Of a stretch of 64,000 bases of DNA, positions 46,747 through 58,600 are shown one piece after another (within the stretch, counting starts at the first letter, position 1; every line of letters starts with the position of its first letter). The position numbers were made by a program, and so were the translations under genes. This DNA comes from Seison nebaliae (Eukaryota), in the NCBI GenBank assembly GCA_023231475.1, contig JALJEE010001544.1, positions 1-64,000 of the forward strand, read 5' to 3'. A model generated the notes under the pieces. That model was not told the DNA's origin, did not search any database, and saw nothing but the letters and a program-made list of their open reading frames with translations.

Positions 46747-49674
46747 ATGAGTGACCGAAGATGTATAAGTGAACACCCTGAATTAATAAGCGAATATATA
46801 TCAGCAATTCCACAAACGAATATTAATGATGAATTGTCGTTCAATGAAAACCATTCCGTTAAAGTCTCCTACATTAAAGGTAAAGCAGAAAGTGTTAACA
46901 GTAAACGTTCTTCTTCTACGGGAAAGCCAAAAATAAGAGGCCCGCGAAAGACGTTGCGTTCACTCACATCCGACACGTTACCAATTCGTAAAACATTAAC
47001 TTCTGATTCGAAAAACATGGAAAATTATATTGATTATGATTCGATCATAGGTAAGTTTAATGAACATCAGAAATTGTTAGAGAAGAATTTTGCACCATCT
47101 ATTGTAACAGTAAACATGAAAAAATCATTTTATACTTTCACCAAAATTTTAAAAATTCTTATTATTATGGGAATTATGGGAGCACTTCGATCGAACATTA
47201 CGAGTGTTCTAACCATCGATGATTCAAGCGAGATGCAGAAAGCAATATTCCTAGTCATGGCCGGATTTTTCACACGTCATTGGATATTACCTTTATTTGG
47301 TAAACTCTTTCTTCTCATTTTCGGCGATTTCGATAATACCGATGGTAATGATGATGATATTGAAAATGAATATCATCAACAAACGACAGATCATCCACTC
47401 TTTACTTCACATGATCCGTCTAGTAGTGCCAAGTTGACGGTGAGTAAGATTAACGAGAAGAATGTTGGATTGTTATTTGGCGGTGGTTTCCATTTTTATA
47501 TTAATGGAACATCTGAAGATATGATGACACAGGAAATATCTGGTTGGATGTTACGATATAATAGTCTCAATTGTTACGACGCAGCATCATTCACTTTATC
47601 ACGTGATACTGAACCAATCTACGTATATTGTAGTGGAGGTTATTTTGTGGTAAATTATCCACATGAGAAAGAAGAGTGTCCATCCCGGAAAACCATAAGA
47701 GATGAGAAAATTATAAAGAACGTTCGATTTGTTGAGAGAGAAGTGTTCTCAATGGAGAACTGTATAGAATTTTGTCTTTTACCTCGAATGCTGCCGAGGA
47801 AAGCATGGTGGAAAAGACGATTTCCGATATTATTGACCTTTTCTAAAAGAGTCCAATTAACAGAAATGGGAAATGAAGAGAATGTGAATAACAGTGGAAA
47901 TCATGTCAGTACGACAACTCGATGGAGTCCAATCAGAGCAACTGGAGAAGATGAAACGTTGAAACATTTAATTCTCTTTTCCAGAAATAATCGACAAAAA
48001 GAAGATTGGTATGCATACTTCGTACGATATTTTCATCAGACACGAAATTATCCGACGATGGATTTCGAGCAACTCTCCAATTTCTTCCGCGAATACGTTC
48101 GGGAGCGACATAAATATCCATTCAAAGAGACAAGTAACGTACATTTGAACGAAGAAGTCAAACAAAAAGTTAATTCGAAACAACTGGTGATGAATAAGAG
48201 AAATTTCCCATCAAGTTTTCCCACAATTCCAAAAGATGTTCGCGAAGTAGAATCGGCAGGCATTCTCAATGAAGTTATGGATCGTATCCGTTTATCGATA
48301 AGTGCTGAAAATAAATCAATGAATGCTCGATCTGTTGGATCACGATCATCTGGATCTCGCAATAGTATCAAATCCAGTGGAAATCGACGATCGTTAAAGA
48401 GCGATAAGAAACCGCTAAAGGACAAAATCAGGAAGGTAATAAACGATCTTCCGCTGGAGATTAATCGCTTAAGAACTAATAGAACTACATGTATATTAAC
48501 AGAATCGATTTGGATTAATATAATATTAGCTCGATTTTATGGTGACATGATCCAACATGATCCGATCAAGCACTGGATTTTCCGTCAAGTGAAGAAGAAA
48601 GTTGATAAGATAAATGTTCCAGATTTTATGGAGAAATTGAAAATTACTCAACTAGAAATCGGAACACAACTACCAGTTATCACATCACTAATACCACCAT
48701 GGAGGAATAATCGTGGGGTATGGTTTGGTTTTCATGTGGGATATCCGGGCGGTGCCATCATGTCTGTCAAAACTGGAATTAAAATGGCGAATAAAGGTGG
48801 CCAGCCAACGAACGTGAGACCACCTAGTCGTATAATAGGAAAAAATACAACTGATTATTCGGATGATGAAGAAAATGATGAAGATGATTTATTACCAGTT
48901 CGACCAAAGGAGATACCAAGTGCTGTCAAACCGGAAGGTATTCTCTTAAAATTAACGAAATCTTTCATGAATACATCGATTGGAAAAAGTATCTCAAATA
49001 TGGTGCGAACAGTGGAGTTGACGGTGGAATTGCAAAGTCTATATGGTGATATATTACTTAATTTACCGCCAATTCCAAGTGACAGAATTTGGGGATGTTT
49101 TATGAATATGCCTAAAATCGAATTGAAGATAATTCCAAAATTAAGATCGACTGATGTGACGAATGATTATTTATGTAGTATTATCCGAACGAAATTGATG
49201 TTCGAAGTACGTGATACATTCGTTTTTCCTAATATGGTCGATGTTACTGTTCCTTATTTATTTCATGAGATTCAAGAAGGTGTCGCCTTACGTCCATATT
49301 ACTTTTTACCAACGGCGATCGAAAAAATTAAATTTCCATCACATCGAGATCAATCTCATCATTATAATGCAGAAGTACAATCAGATTTCATTGATAAGAC
49401 ATTGCTAGGTGCTCTCATTAGAGATGAGAAGTTGATTGATAATTTGGTGCAGGTAATGCGAGAAGAGAAACAAGCACTAAATCAGAGCGATAATAAAAAC
49501 GGTTTCTCTGCGCCAAGTCGTCCCGTACCACAGAAAGTGTATCATAAGGAAGGTACGAAGGAGTTGAGGATAACGAAGATGGAAGAGAATTTATTGAGAA
49601 TGATGGAAGGTAAAAGTAAAATGGTTGAAAAGGAAACGGTTCAAAGGAAACGAGGAACTTTTACACGTCTCTAA
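46747..49674 (+). CDS. TEX2: TEX2-like SMP-domain lipid transfer protein, intronless
   Basis: Two N-terminal TM segments, a PH-like region (LLPRMLPRKAWWKRRFPI, KEDWY) and an SMP domain (WINIILARF, LNLPPIPSDRIWGCF, FVFPNMVD). Confidence 0.85.
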   Translation: MSDRRCISEHPELISEYISAIPQTNINDELSFNENHSVKVSYIKGKAESVNSKRSSSTGKPKIRGPRKTLRSLTSDTLPIRKTLTSDSKNMENYIDYDSIIGKFNEHQKLLEKNFAPSIVTVNMKKSFYTFTKILKILIIMGIMGALRSNITSVLTIDDSSEMQKAIFLVMAGFFTRHWILPLFGKLFLLIFGDFDNTDGNDDDIENEYHQQTTDHPLFTSHDPSSSAKLTVSKINEKNVGLLFGGGFHFYINGTSEDMMTQEISGWMLRYNSLNCYDAASFTLSRDTEPIYVYCSGGYFVVNYPHEKEECPSRKTIRDEKIIKNVRFVEREVFSMENCIEFCLLPRMLPRKAWWKRRFPILLTFSKRVQLTEMGNEENVNNSGNHVSTTTRWSPIRATGEDETLKHLILFSRNNRQKEDWYAYFVRYFHQTRNYPTMDFEQLSNFFREYVRERHKYPFKETSNVHLNEEVKQKVNSKQLVMNKRNFPSSFPTIPKDVREVESAGILNEVMDRIRLSISAENKSMNARSVGSRSSGSRNSIKSSGNRRSLKSDKKPLKDKIRKVINDLPLEINRLRTNRTTCILTESIWINIILARFYGDMIQHDPIKHWIFRQVKKKVDKINVPDFMEKLKITQLEIGTQLPVITSLIPPWRNNRGVWFGFHVGYPGGAIMSVKTGIKMANKGGQPTNVRPPSRIIGKNTTDYSDDEENDEDDLLPVRPKEIPSAVKPEGILLKLTKSFMNTSIGKSISNMVRTVELTVELQSLYGDILLNLPPIPSDRIWGCFMNMPKIELKIIPKLRSTDVTNDYLCSIIRTKLMFEVRDTFVFPNMVDVTVPYLFHEIQEGVALRPYYFLPTAIEKIKFPSHRDQSHHYNAEVQSDFIDKTLLGALIRDEKLIDNLVQVMREEKQALNQSDNKNGFSAPSRPVPQKVYHKEGTKELRITKMEENLLRMMEGKSKMVEKETVQRKRGTFTRL

Positions 49675-49677
49675 TAA

Positions 49678-52368
49678 TTAAGATATAATTTCTTCTTTCC
49701 AATTAATTGACGCTCTCATCTCCGCTATTTCTTCCGCCGTAATTTTAATTGATTTGTCTTCCGATTCACTTTCTTTCTCCTCATCCTGTTCACTTTCCAT
49801 CATAATCTTCTGTTGCTCATCCAAATTCTTTTTTGTTTTATGAATTAATTTTTTAAATTCATCCAAATCTCCCATTCGCCCACCATTTATCCAATTAATA
49901 TGATAAATTTTCACACATCCAAATTTCGTAGCGATATAAATTGCATTCATTTTCTCATTAACAATCGCTGCACAAGCGTTATAGTTCAAATTGAGAACGA
50001 ATAATGGATCGAGAACATTCATGGCTAAATTCCATATTTGTACTTGTTTCTCTCCCGCTCCCACAAACATCATCGGATTGGATTGAACCCAATTCAGATT
50101 TCTCATACTAATCCGTTCGAGACTCAATGTCATGAGTGCTGTGCTACTCGATTTCTGCCATAAACGAATCGTCCAATCATCCGCACAACTGAGAAATATA
50201 TCAGGTAAATGTGGAGACCACTTAATGTTGTTAACTAATGTGGTATGACCAGTATATGTTTGAAGATATTGTTCAGTATAAGAGATGGAACATAAATGAA
50301 TATATCCAGTCGACGTTCCAACTAAATACAATTGAGAATCGAACGGATTTATATCGAAACAAAGTCCGATGGAATGTCGTACGATTAATCCTTCACCAGC
50401 TATCGGTGGTAATGAAATTAATTCTTTCTTCTTCTCATCTTCACTAGTCAACACTCTCTTCAACACCATAATCGTATTACTTTCATAATTCGATGTAAGT
50501 GATGCCATTATTACACGACCATCAGAACTGATCGTCATCAATGATTCCGCTTCATTATTCTCTTCATTTTTCAACCACTTCACACCCCACACTGGATTCA
50601 AATGTCGTTCTTCGATATCAGATGTGGTAAATATCAGTGTCATATTCCGTTCTGTTATATTATAAATGTTGACAGTTCCAGAAAATAAACCAGCTGTCAA
50701 AATTCCTGGATTCATTTTTGAAAATGATAAACAGGTCACTTTACTATCAGTTCGAATAGATCGTCTTTCCATATCGGGAGTCTTTAATGACCAACAACAA
50801 ATTAATCCTTCAAATAAATCATCATGCTCCAATGTGCCATAACCAACGGCGAGAATATCAGAATTGGACGTATTAAATTCAAAACAACTAATCGATTGGT
50901 TCGAGGTATTCTCCGATTCATATTTCCATAACAATTCGAATTTTATTTCATTTAACTTATCTTTCGAAAGAACCATCAATATTTCATCTTCAACCAATTC
51001 GATTGATGTTCCAATAACTGTTTCATTCGTTTCTTGTTCATTCTCTTTCTCCTTCACAATTTCACCAGAACTATCGATCATTTCCGTACTCTCAATTTCC
51101 TTCTTCACTTTCATTTTTTTCGATTTATCATTTTCATTTTCTTTCTCTTCTACTTCATGTAGATATTTCGAGAAATCCGTCAGTAACGATACCTCATCGT
51201 TGTACAATGATAATGAATTCTGATATTTACTTTCATTCAATAACGAGGAGGTCAATTGAATTGTGTCGATTAATTTCTCGGAATGTTTCTCTAAAAACTT
51301 TTCTTCAATTTCTCCGACTGATCGATCGGAACGATCTGTCAAATTCGAACTATTATTATCTCGTTTGGTTAAGAGAATCTTTTCACTATCATCACCTGAA
51401 ACCGATTTCGTCTTATCATCTTCTTGATCAATTTTCGGTTCATTTTCCTTTTTTTCTGGTTCTACAATCATCTGATTTTCTTTTTCTTCTTTCTCTCGTT
51501 CTTTCTCTTCTTCCGCTTTATAATCATCGAACATAATATGATTATTGATTTGGGTCTCAAAGGCTATTTTATCGACCATTTCAGTCTGAAGTCCTTTGCT
51601 CTTCAATTGCAAATCTTCTGTCTGACAATAAATTCCGACGATTTGTTGAAGTAATACAATTTTTCTTCCTTTCCATTTCTCTTTAATCTGTTTATTGTTC
51701 TCCTTAATAATCTCATAATTGTTCGACAAACTATTCATTTGCAACGAATTGACGTTAATTATTTGAAATGTTTCCGTTTCTCTCAATTTAATATTATCGT
51801 TATTCGATTTCGCTTGAGATGATTTCACTTCTTTCAACATCGATTGTTTAGCCAACAATTGATCGATATTGGGAAGAATCGATAAATCTTGACTTATCGT
51901 ATCACTTCGTATCGTGTCCATTTTCTGAGAGGAATTACTGAACTTTCTAAAATTTCGATTTTTCGAATATTCGCCAGAGAAGTTGGAATCCAAATAATTG
52001 AAGAAAGAAGAATTCTTATTATAATCAGTCGTTTGAAGTGTCTGATAAGAATAGTAAGAATCTTTCGCTAATCGATATCGATCTCCGATATCCAACAATT
52101 CCACATCGGTGGCATAAATTTCTCCAGGTGTCACATCCTTTCCTTCATCATCATACAACTTGGGATGATAATTAGTTTGTGAATTATTACCGTCATCACT
52201 CGATGATTTAGTTTGATGCCCTGCTGATGTCACATTGGACTGGAATGATTTAGTTAATTGTTTACGATCTATATATTTCCGATCGTCGCTAACGGATTTG
52301 TTAGACGAAGCGGATTTCCGAGTTCTCCGTGTCTCGTTAGCTGATAAGTTTGAACTTCTATCCATCAT
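49678..52368 (-). CDS. DNAI4: Axonemal dynein intermediate chain, WDR78/DNAI4-like, intronless
   Basis: LYDDEGKDVTP, ILAVGYG, ICCWSLKTP, HLNPVWGVKW, IHLCSISYTEQYLQTYTGH and FLSCADDWTIRLW. First in-frame ATG is at 52368; the track start at 52461 is a TTG. Confidence 0.85.
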   Translation of the reverse strand: MMDRSSNLSANETRRTRKSASSNKSVSDDRKYIDRKQLTKSFQSNVTSAGHQTKSSSDDGNNSQTNYHPKLYDDEGKDVTPGEIYATDVELLDIGDRYRLAKDSYYSYQTLQTTDYNKNSSFFNYLDSNFSGEYSKNRNFRKFSNSSQKMDTIRSDTISQDLSILPNIDQLLAKQSMLKEVKSSQAKSNNDNIKLRETETFQIINVNSLQMNSLSNNYEIIKENNKQIKEKWKGRKIVLLQQIVGIYCQTEDLQLKSKGLQTEMVDKIAFETQINNHIMFDDYKAEEEKEREKEEKENQMIVEPEKKENEPKIDQEDDKTKSVSGDDSEKILLTKRDNNSSNLTDRSDRSVGEIEEKFLEKHSEKLIDTIQLTSSLLNESKYQNSLSLYNDEVSLLTDFSKYLHEVEEKENENDKSKKMKVKKEIESTEMIDSSGEIVKEKENEQETNETVIGTSIELVEDEILMVLSKDKLNEIKFELLWKYESENTSNQSISCFEFNTSNSDILAVGYGTLEHDDLFEGLICCWSLKTPDMERRSIRTDSKVTCLSFSKMNPGILTAGLFSGTVNIYNITERNMTLIFTTSDIEERHLNPVWGVKWLKNEENNEAESLMTISSDGRVIMASLTSNYESNTIMVLKRVLTSEDEKKKELISLPPIAGEGLIVRHSIGLCFDINPFDSQLYLVGTSTGYIHLCSISYTEQYLQTYTGHTTLVNNIKWSPHLPDIFLSCADDWTIRLWQKSSSTALMTLSLERISMRNLNWVQSNPMMFVGAGEKQVQIWNLAMNVLDPLFVLNLNYNACAAIVNEKMNAIYIATKFGCVKIYHINWINGGRMGDLDEFKKLIHKTKKNLDEQQKIMMESEQDEEKESESEDKSIKITAEEIAEMRASINWKEEIIS

Positions 52369-52407
52369 TAGCGGTTTGTTTATAGTTGTCGATTCTTGTG
52401 CTAATCG

Positions 52408-52421
52408 GTTGGCATGGAAAC
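52408..52421. promoter_or_regulatory. X-box-like (RFX) motif
   Basis: Minus strand reads GTTTCCATGCCAAC, one mismatch from GTTTCCATGGCAAC, about 40 bp upstream of the ciliary dynein gene ATG. Confidence 0.5.
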
Positions 52422-52615
52422 GTGTTCGAAATTTTAAATTAAAAATATTCTTATTTTTCAAAATTTTTCTATTTTTATATTTTCGGCTTTTATAATCAAT
52501 TTAATTTGTTTAAGTTGATTTCATTCATCATGAACAGTTAGATTAACATCATATTAAACAAATATTAATAAATAAACTTAATTAGGACAAATATTGATTT
52601 TCTAAAGAATTCCGA

Positions 52616-54121
52616 ATGAGACGACCTGCGAAAAATATTACAGGACTTGAACTGACGAAGTCGATAAATCGTTGTGCATTTTTGAAAATAATAATTACTT
52701 TATCAATCCCTTTCGTTCTCCTCAATTATTTAATTTTACCTAAATTATTCAACAATTGTTCCACTTCAAAATATTTCCATGAAGGCGATATCGATGAACG
52801 GATAGCCGATCAGCACCGTCTGGATAACGAGAGACGTTTAAACTTCAAAAAGAATTTACGAGAATATATTCAAAATTCGAAAAAACGCCAAAAAATTTGT
52901 TCGGGAAAATTTTCCTTTGACTTCACAATAACATTATTATCGTCACATCGGTTTGATGAGGATCGATCATATTCCCCAAATTATACGATTCAATCGTTCA
53001 ATGTTTTATTGAAAGAATATAACGAGTTATTTTATGATTATTGTCGATCTGATATCGGTTATTGTTGTCGAGATGAATTTCCATTTATTCGATTCATTAT
53101 ATGGAATATTGAATTAGATTATAAGAAGAATGAAGAATTGAAATTAATTCATGAAACTCTGATGTCATTGACGTTGGAAGGTGATGAACAGGAAACGATA
53201 GATATCATCAATTATTATCAACCGACGAAAATGGAGGAAATTACGAAAATTATTTCGGGAACGAAAATGAAGACGACGGAGAAAGGAACAAATATTCAAT
53301 CGGAATTCTTTCTCGATCGAGATCTCCTCACCAGAAAACAAACTGAAACGACATTGGATTATGAGAAGGAGAAATTCGATTATGTCATTCCTCTACTATA
53401 TTCCTATTCGATTAAGAGTGACAATTATTTACCTCACATTATTCTATTGATGGAAGATGATGCTTATGCTAATGAGAAAATTTTAAAAGAATTATTCCAT
53501 CAATTTCTAAATCCAACTAACGGACGTTTGATGAGACGTTCAACAAGTAACTTAAATGATGATTCTTATAACGGTATCAAATCGAATTATAATACGACTT
53601 TATATGTGAAATTATTTCATCCTCAACATCTCTCATCATATAATTCTTTAGCATTTGATCGATCTATCAAATTATTTATTTTACCAATTCTTCTTATTCC
53701 CTTCTATTTATTATTAACATTTCCTATTTATCCATCATTTATTCGCGCATGTTTCCACAACAAATCAGTTATTCTCATTATATATTTCTTCTCATTTATT
53801 CTTGTATTCAATATCGGTTATATCACTTATCAACAATTCACACAACAAATGACACATCATTATGATATGACAAGTGCACCATCATGTTGCACTCCCGCTA
53901 ATCTATTTTTCGCCCCAACAATTCCATTAATCGGTCGATATTTATTGGAACGGAAAGCACGTCGTCGATATGCGAAGGATTCAATTTTAGATGAACTTCA
54001 TTCAACTTATTATTGGTCAAATGGTTATCGTGCAAGATTGATTCAACCAAATATGTTTCGTCATATTGGTTTGTACTCCCGTCTCCATAAAGGTCGAATT
54101 AATCCGTTTTTTGTATCATAA
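52616..54121 (+). CDS. PGAP4: GPI GalNAc transferase PGAP4/TMEM246-like, intronless
   Basis: N-terminal TM segment, LLMEDDA, YVKLFHP, two inserted TM segments, APSCCTPA, KDSILD and PNMFRHIGLYS. Confidence 0.85.
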   Translation: MRRPAKNITGLELTKSINRCAFLKIIITLSIPFVLLNYLILPKLFNNCSTSKYFHEGDIDERIADQHRLDNERRLNFKKNLREYIQNSKKRQKICSGKFSFDFTITLLSSHRFDEDRSYSPNYTIQSFNVLLKEYNELFYDYCRSDIGYCCRDEFPFIRFIIWNIELDYKKNEELKLIHETLMSLTLEGDEQETIDIINYYQPTKMEEITKIISGTKMKTTEKGTNIQSEFFLDRDLLTRKQTETTLDYEKEKFDYVIPLLYSYSIKSDNYLPHIILLMEDDAYANEKILKELFHQFLNPTNGRLMRRSTSNLNDDSYNGIKSNYNTTLYVKLFHPQHLSSYNSLAFDRSIKLFILPILLIPFYLLLTFPIYPSFIRACFHNKSVILIIYFFSFILVFNIGYITYQQFTQQMTHHYDMTSAPSCCTPANLFFAPTIPLIGRYLLERKARRRYAKDSILDELHSTYYWSNGYRARLIQPNMFRHIGLYSRLHKGRINPFFVS

Positions 54122-54634
54122 CTTAAACTTCTTCACATTATGTAAATAATCCAATTCTTCTATTTTCCATTTTTAATATTTATAATCGAAATATTCGCTT
54201 TTATTACTTTCGCTTGTGATACATTTAGGTTTTTGCTTCTAATAAAATTTTCTCGTTCCATCAAAAATTCCTTATTATTATTATTGTTATAACTTTTCAT
54301 ACTCTCCATCTTCACGAGAGAGAATTGGTTTGTTATACAAAAAAAACATTTTTTTCTTACGGTTCCTTTTTTTTTGTGAATTTTGCAAGAAAATCATTAA
54401 ATAATTAAAAGAGTTTTTCGGTTATTGAAGAAAGAAATATGGAATGATGATGATTCAAAGAATTATACAATTTCTCTTTCATTATAAGGAAAATCATTAT
54501 GTGATCGACACAAGTGAGTGGGAAAAAGGAGAGGGGAGAAAGTTGAAGCACTTGCTAAAAAGAAAAGAAGGAAACAATTTTCCATCAAAATCAATAGAGT
54601 AAAGTTTATTTTTATTTTTCTCAATTCTCCCCAA

Positions 54635-55597
54635 ATGCCCATGTATCGTAGCGAAGATACGAGACATCAACAATTGAAACGACGACAACTTGAGATTAAG
54701 AGGAAGAAAGATGTTTTTCGTGAGTATCGTAAACATCAATCTCAATTAACTTATTGGTCTTCTCAACAGAGTACATTTGAACGAGAACATTGGAAGAAAT
54801 GCAAATCGAATCCCTCCGTCTTTCCTTCACTCACTAAAGAATCGACGAGTTTAAGTAAGAATGATGATTTGACTGACAGTTTCTTGTTGAAGATTCGAAG
54901 TGAAAAATTATTACCAGAATTCGATTCAACTCATAATTTACATAAAACTAAACGAATAAAGAAGATTGCACGTCCATTAAATAAATTAAATGGAAATGAA
55001 TTCATTTCAGATTCATTCGAGAAACGATTACAAATTATCGATCGGAAATTATCATGTGAACGGAAAGTGATCGATAAATTTCGTAATTCTCATCGGAAAG
55101 AATTTCATCCACTTAAATCACATCGATCAAATAAATCATTAGATTCCGCCGTAATTCTAATGAATGAGATAAAGAAATGTGACGATTTGAAAGAGAAGAA
55201 ATTGAGATTGGAAGAAGAAAGAAATCAAAAACAAATCGATTTGAATGAAACGGAGAATTGGGAAACAAAAAAATCGAGAACTACTCGAATGTATTACAAG
55301 AATTATATAAAAGTATCAGAGGGATTATATAAAGAATTAATCGAGAGAATTCCTCCGTCATATATTGATCTCAATTTATTTTATCGTCATCGACGATTAT
55401 CCAAATTGGATAAATCAAAATCGAAATATGAAACGAATAAGAAAATGAATGATGAAATAAAACAAAGGACAAGTCATGGACGACAACAATTAACGTTGGA
55501 TCGTCTCGATCAATTGAAAGTGTACAAAATAACAGGAAACGGTGAATTGATATCGACATTTACGAAACCGCAAATAAAAATTTTTCATCATATTTAA
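54635..55597 (+). CDS. Hypothetical basic/coiled-coil protein (start uncertain)
   Basis: Open frame of more than 320 codons from the first ATG at 54635. No family recognised, and upstream exons are possible. Confidence 0.6.
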   Translation: MPMYRSEDTRHQQLKRRQLEIKRKKDVFREYRKHQSQLTYWSSQQSTFEREHWKKCKSNPSVFPSLTKESTSLSKNDDLTDSFLLKIRSEKLLPEFDSTHNLHKTKRIKKIARPLNKLNGNEFISDSFEKRLQIIDRKLSCERKVIDKFRNSHRKEFHPLKSHRSNKSLDSAVILMNEIKKCDDLKEKKLRLEEERNQKQIDLNETENWETKKSRTTRMYYKNYIKVSEGLYKELIERIPPSYIDLNLFYRHRRLSKLDKSKSKYETNKKMNDEIKQRTSHGRQQLTLDRLDQLKVYKITGNGELISTFTKPQIKIFHHI

Positions 55598-55607
55598 ATA
55601 AATAAAT

Positions 55608-58600
55608 TTAGAATAATTCTTCTTCATCATTGTTCGTCGGATCGATCTCTTCACCATCAGCACCACTTTCATTATCGTTTTGATTTCCATCATTAATTTT
55701 CCGTTTTTTCGATTTTTTCTTTTTCTTTTTTTTCTTGTTCTCACCATCACTATGATTCTCTTCCGATATATCATCATTACTCTCATCAATCTCGTCATGA
55801 TGATGATGGTGATGATGATGATGTTTTTTCTTCTTCTCCTTCTTTTTACGACGACGTTCTCGTCTTTCTTCTTCCGTTTCATTTTCATGTTTTGTTTTCT
55901 TCTTTTTTTTCTTCTTTGAATCTTTTTCAGTTCTAAAAGGAAAATTTGAATTTAACGAAAATTTTTTAAATAATTTAAACTTTTCATCTAATTTATTTTC
56001 TTCATCACTCGGCAAATTGAGTGGATTGTTTGAAGCTAATTCTTGATCGTTATTCTGAAGATGTAACATCATCTGATCAACATCTTCTTCATCATCATCA
56101 TCATCATCATCATCACCATCGTCATCGTCATCTTTCTCATCTATCTTCTTCTTTTCTTCTTCACCATCATCGTCCTCGTTGATTTCGGGTAAGATTTCGT
56201 CTAAATTCACATCGTCATTTTCAATGAATTCCGATTGTTTCTTTTTATTTGATGATTTCTTCTTTTTTTCTTTCTTCTTTTTCGATTCTTTCTTCCTTTC
56301 TTCTGTATCTTCTTCTAATTTCGTATCGACTTCCTTCAATTTCTCTTGAAGTTCTTTTCGTTGTAGACTCAATTCAACTTCTCTTTGTTTCTTCTCTTGA
56401 TGACGTTCTTGTTCTTCTTCGAATTTCTTCATTTCCACATCTCGAATTCCTTTCTTCATATTTTTGATACGTTCCTGATTGATGGAATAGACACGAACAG
56501 CAGATTGGATCAAATTATTCGTATTCTGAATATTTGAACGAAATTGTCCAATTTCAAATTTGACTATCGATCGATTAATTTCCAAATGAGATCGATATAA
56601 TCGTTCGATATATTTCTCACTATTCTTTAAAGTATCGATAAATTGATTCGCCTTCTTTTCTGTACATCCTTCATGATCATGTAATCTCTGAATAATCAGA
56701 AGACGTTGACATACATGTATATTATAAACAGCTTCGATATTCTTAGGATATAACATTCGTATTAATTGAAGCAATTTTAAACAAGACGAATAAATTCCTT
56801 CTTTGAAATATGCTCTAGAACATGATAAAAGTAAATGTACTGGTGCACATCGATTATTTGAATAAAATCGTTTTATACAACTCTCATATGTTTGAATGGC
56901 TGTTTTATATTGATGTTGTTCAGTCAATACATGAGCAATATTCATCCAAACATCAGGAAATATGGAAGTCGATTCTCGTACTTGTGAGAAGATATCTCGA
57001 GCTTCATTGTACATATTCTTCGTTGCCAACACACAAGCGATACCATTCGCTGCATAAATATTAAATGGATCATATTCGATCACATCACGGAATAGACGAA
57101 GTGCATGATTCCTCACTTTATCTAACGATTCCATCAATAATTTCGATCGATGAATTCTTTCAGGTTCCATTTGATTCAAATGATATTTCTGATAATATTC
57201 ATGAAGATATGATTGTGCTTTCGTCAAATACAAATTAGCCAATGCCAATTTCGTATAACAATCATTACATGATTTACGATTATTCAAAATTATTTCATAT
57301 TTACTTTTCGCTCCCATCGGATTCACTTTCTCCAAATCTAATTCTGCTAACAATAATTGAGCGTCGACATGTTTTGGATTGAGTTTGAGAATAGAATTCA
57401 AATTATTTATCGCTTCCGTCCTATCACCAAATCTTAATGATAATTGTGCTAATCTCAAATAGACATCGATATATGTCGGATATTCTTCTTTTAATGATAA
57501 ATAAATTTTTTTCGCTTCATTCAATCGATTCATTGTCTCATATAATCGACCTTGATTATATAAAAGAATTAATCGAATTCCATTATACCAATTTTCATTT
57601 TTTGAATTTACATTATCTAATTCATATTCTAATTTCTTATCATAATTCATCAATTGATCGATAGCAACTTTCAATAATGTGTCACATTCACCATATTGTT
57701 TCTCTTTGTAATAGAGTGAGGCGATATTATTTAACATCTCTAACGGAACTAAAACATTCTTTTCTCTAATCAATTTCGATGCTTGAGTATAAGCATCTAA
57801 TACTAATTTCGTTTCAGTATGAGCATCTAACATTTGTGCATAATTGATCCATGCATCTATATCATTTGGACATTTCTCACAAACTTCTCTCATATATTCG
57901 ATGGATTTCTGTCGTCTTCTTCCATCTTCTTTTTTCGAATCTGCTCTTTCATGAACGTAGAGTATAGCAAGTAATTTTTTCGCGTCTAAATCATCCCCCA
58001 CATTCTCCACTACACTCTCTAAATTTTTAATTGCTTCCCGATAATTTTTTTCATAAACGAAAATTTGAGCGATACAAAATCGAACGATATAAAATTTCGG
58101 AATATAATTCAATGATTTCGTATAATATGTCAATGCTTGTTTCATTGATCCATCAGTACCTTCATGATGATGTGTCCGTCCCAATTGATAACAACATTCT
58201 CCTTTGATTTTATCATTTGTCGTCGAACGAAAAGCGACAACTAATAATCGTCGAATGACTTCAACTCGTTCGATTTTTTTTGTTCGATAAAAATTCTCCG
58301 TCACATGATAAAGAATAAGAGGAATCGATGAATCTTCACGATAAGCGTGACTAATCAATTTCATACCGTTTGAAATGTTGGACGAATCATTTTTCTCATT
58401 TCCATCATTCAATAAGAAAATTCCGTTACAGACGAGAGCGAATGCATTCTTCTCATCCATTTCTATTGCTCGATAAAATGCGGTTTGTGCTTTTTTTTTA
58501 CGATTAATTTTATATAAACAAATTCCAATTAATACTCGAATTTCTAATGGAGATTTATGACAATGTTGTAGAATTTGTCTCAAAATTTTCAGCGCGTCCT

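Noticed and set aside
55490..56467. Overlapping small ORFs in the CTR9 tail
   Set aside because: They are by-products of low-complexity Asp/Glu/Lys/His codon runs.
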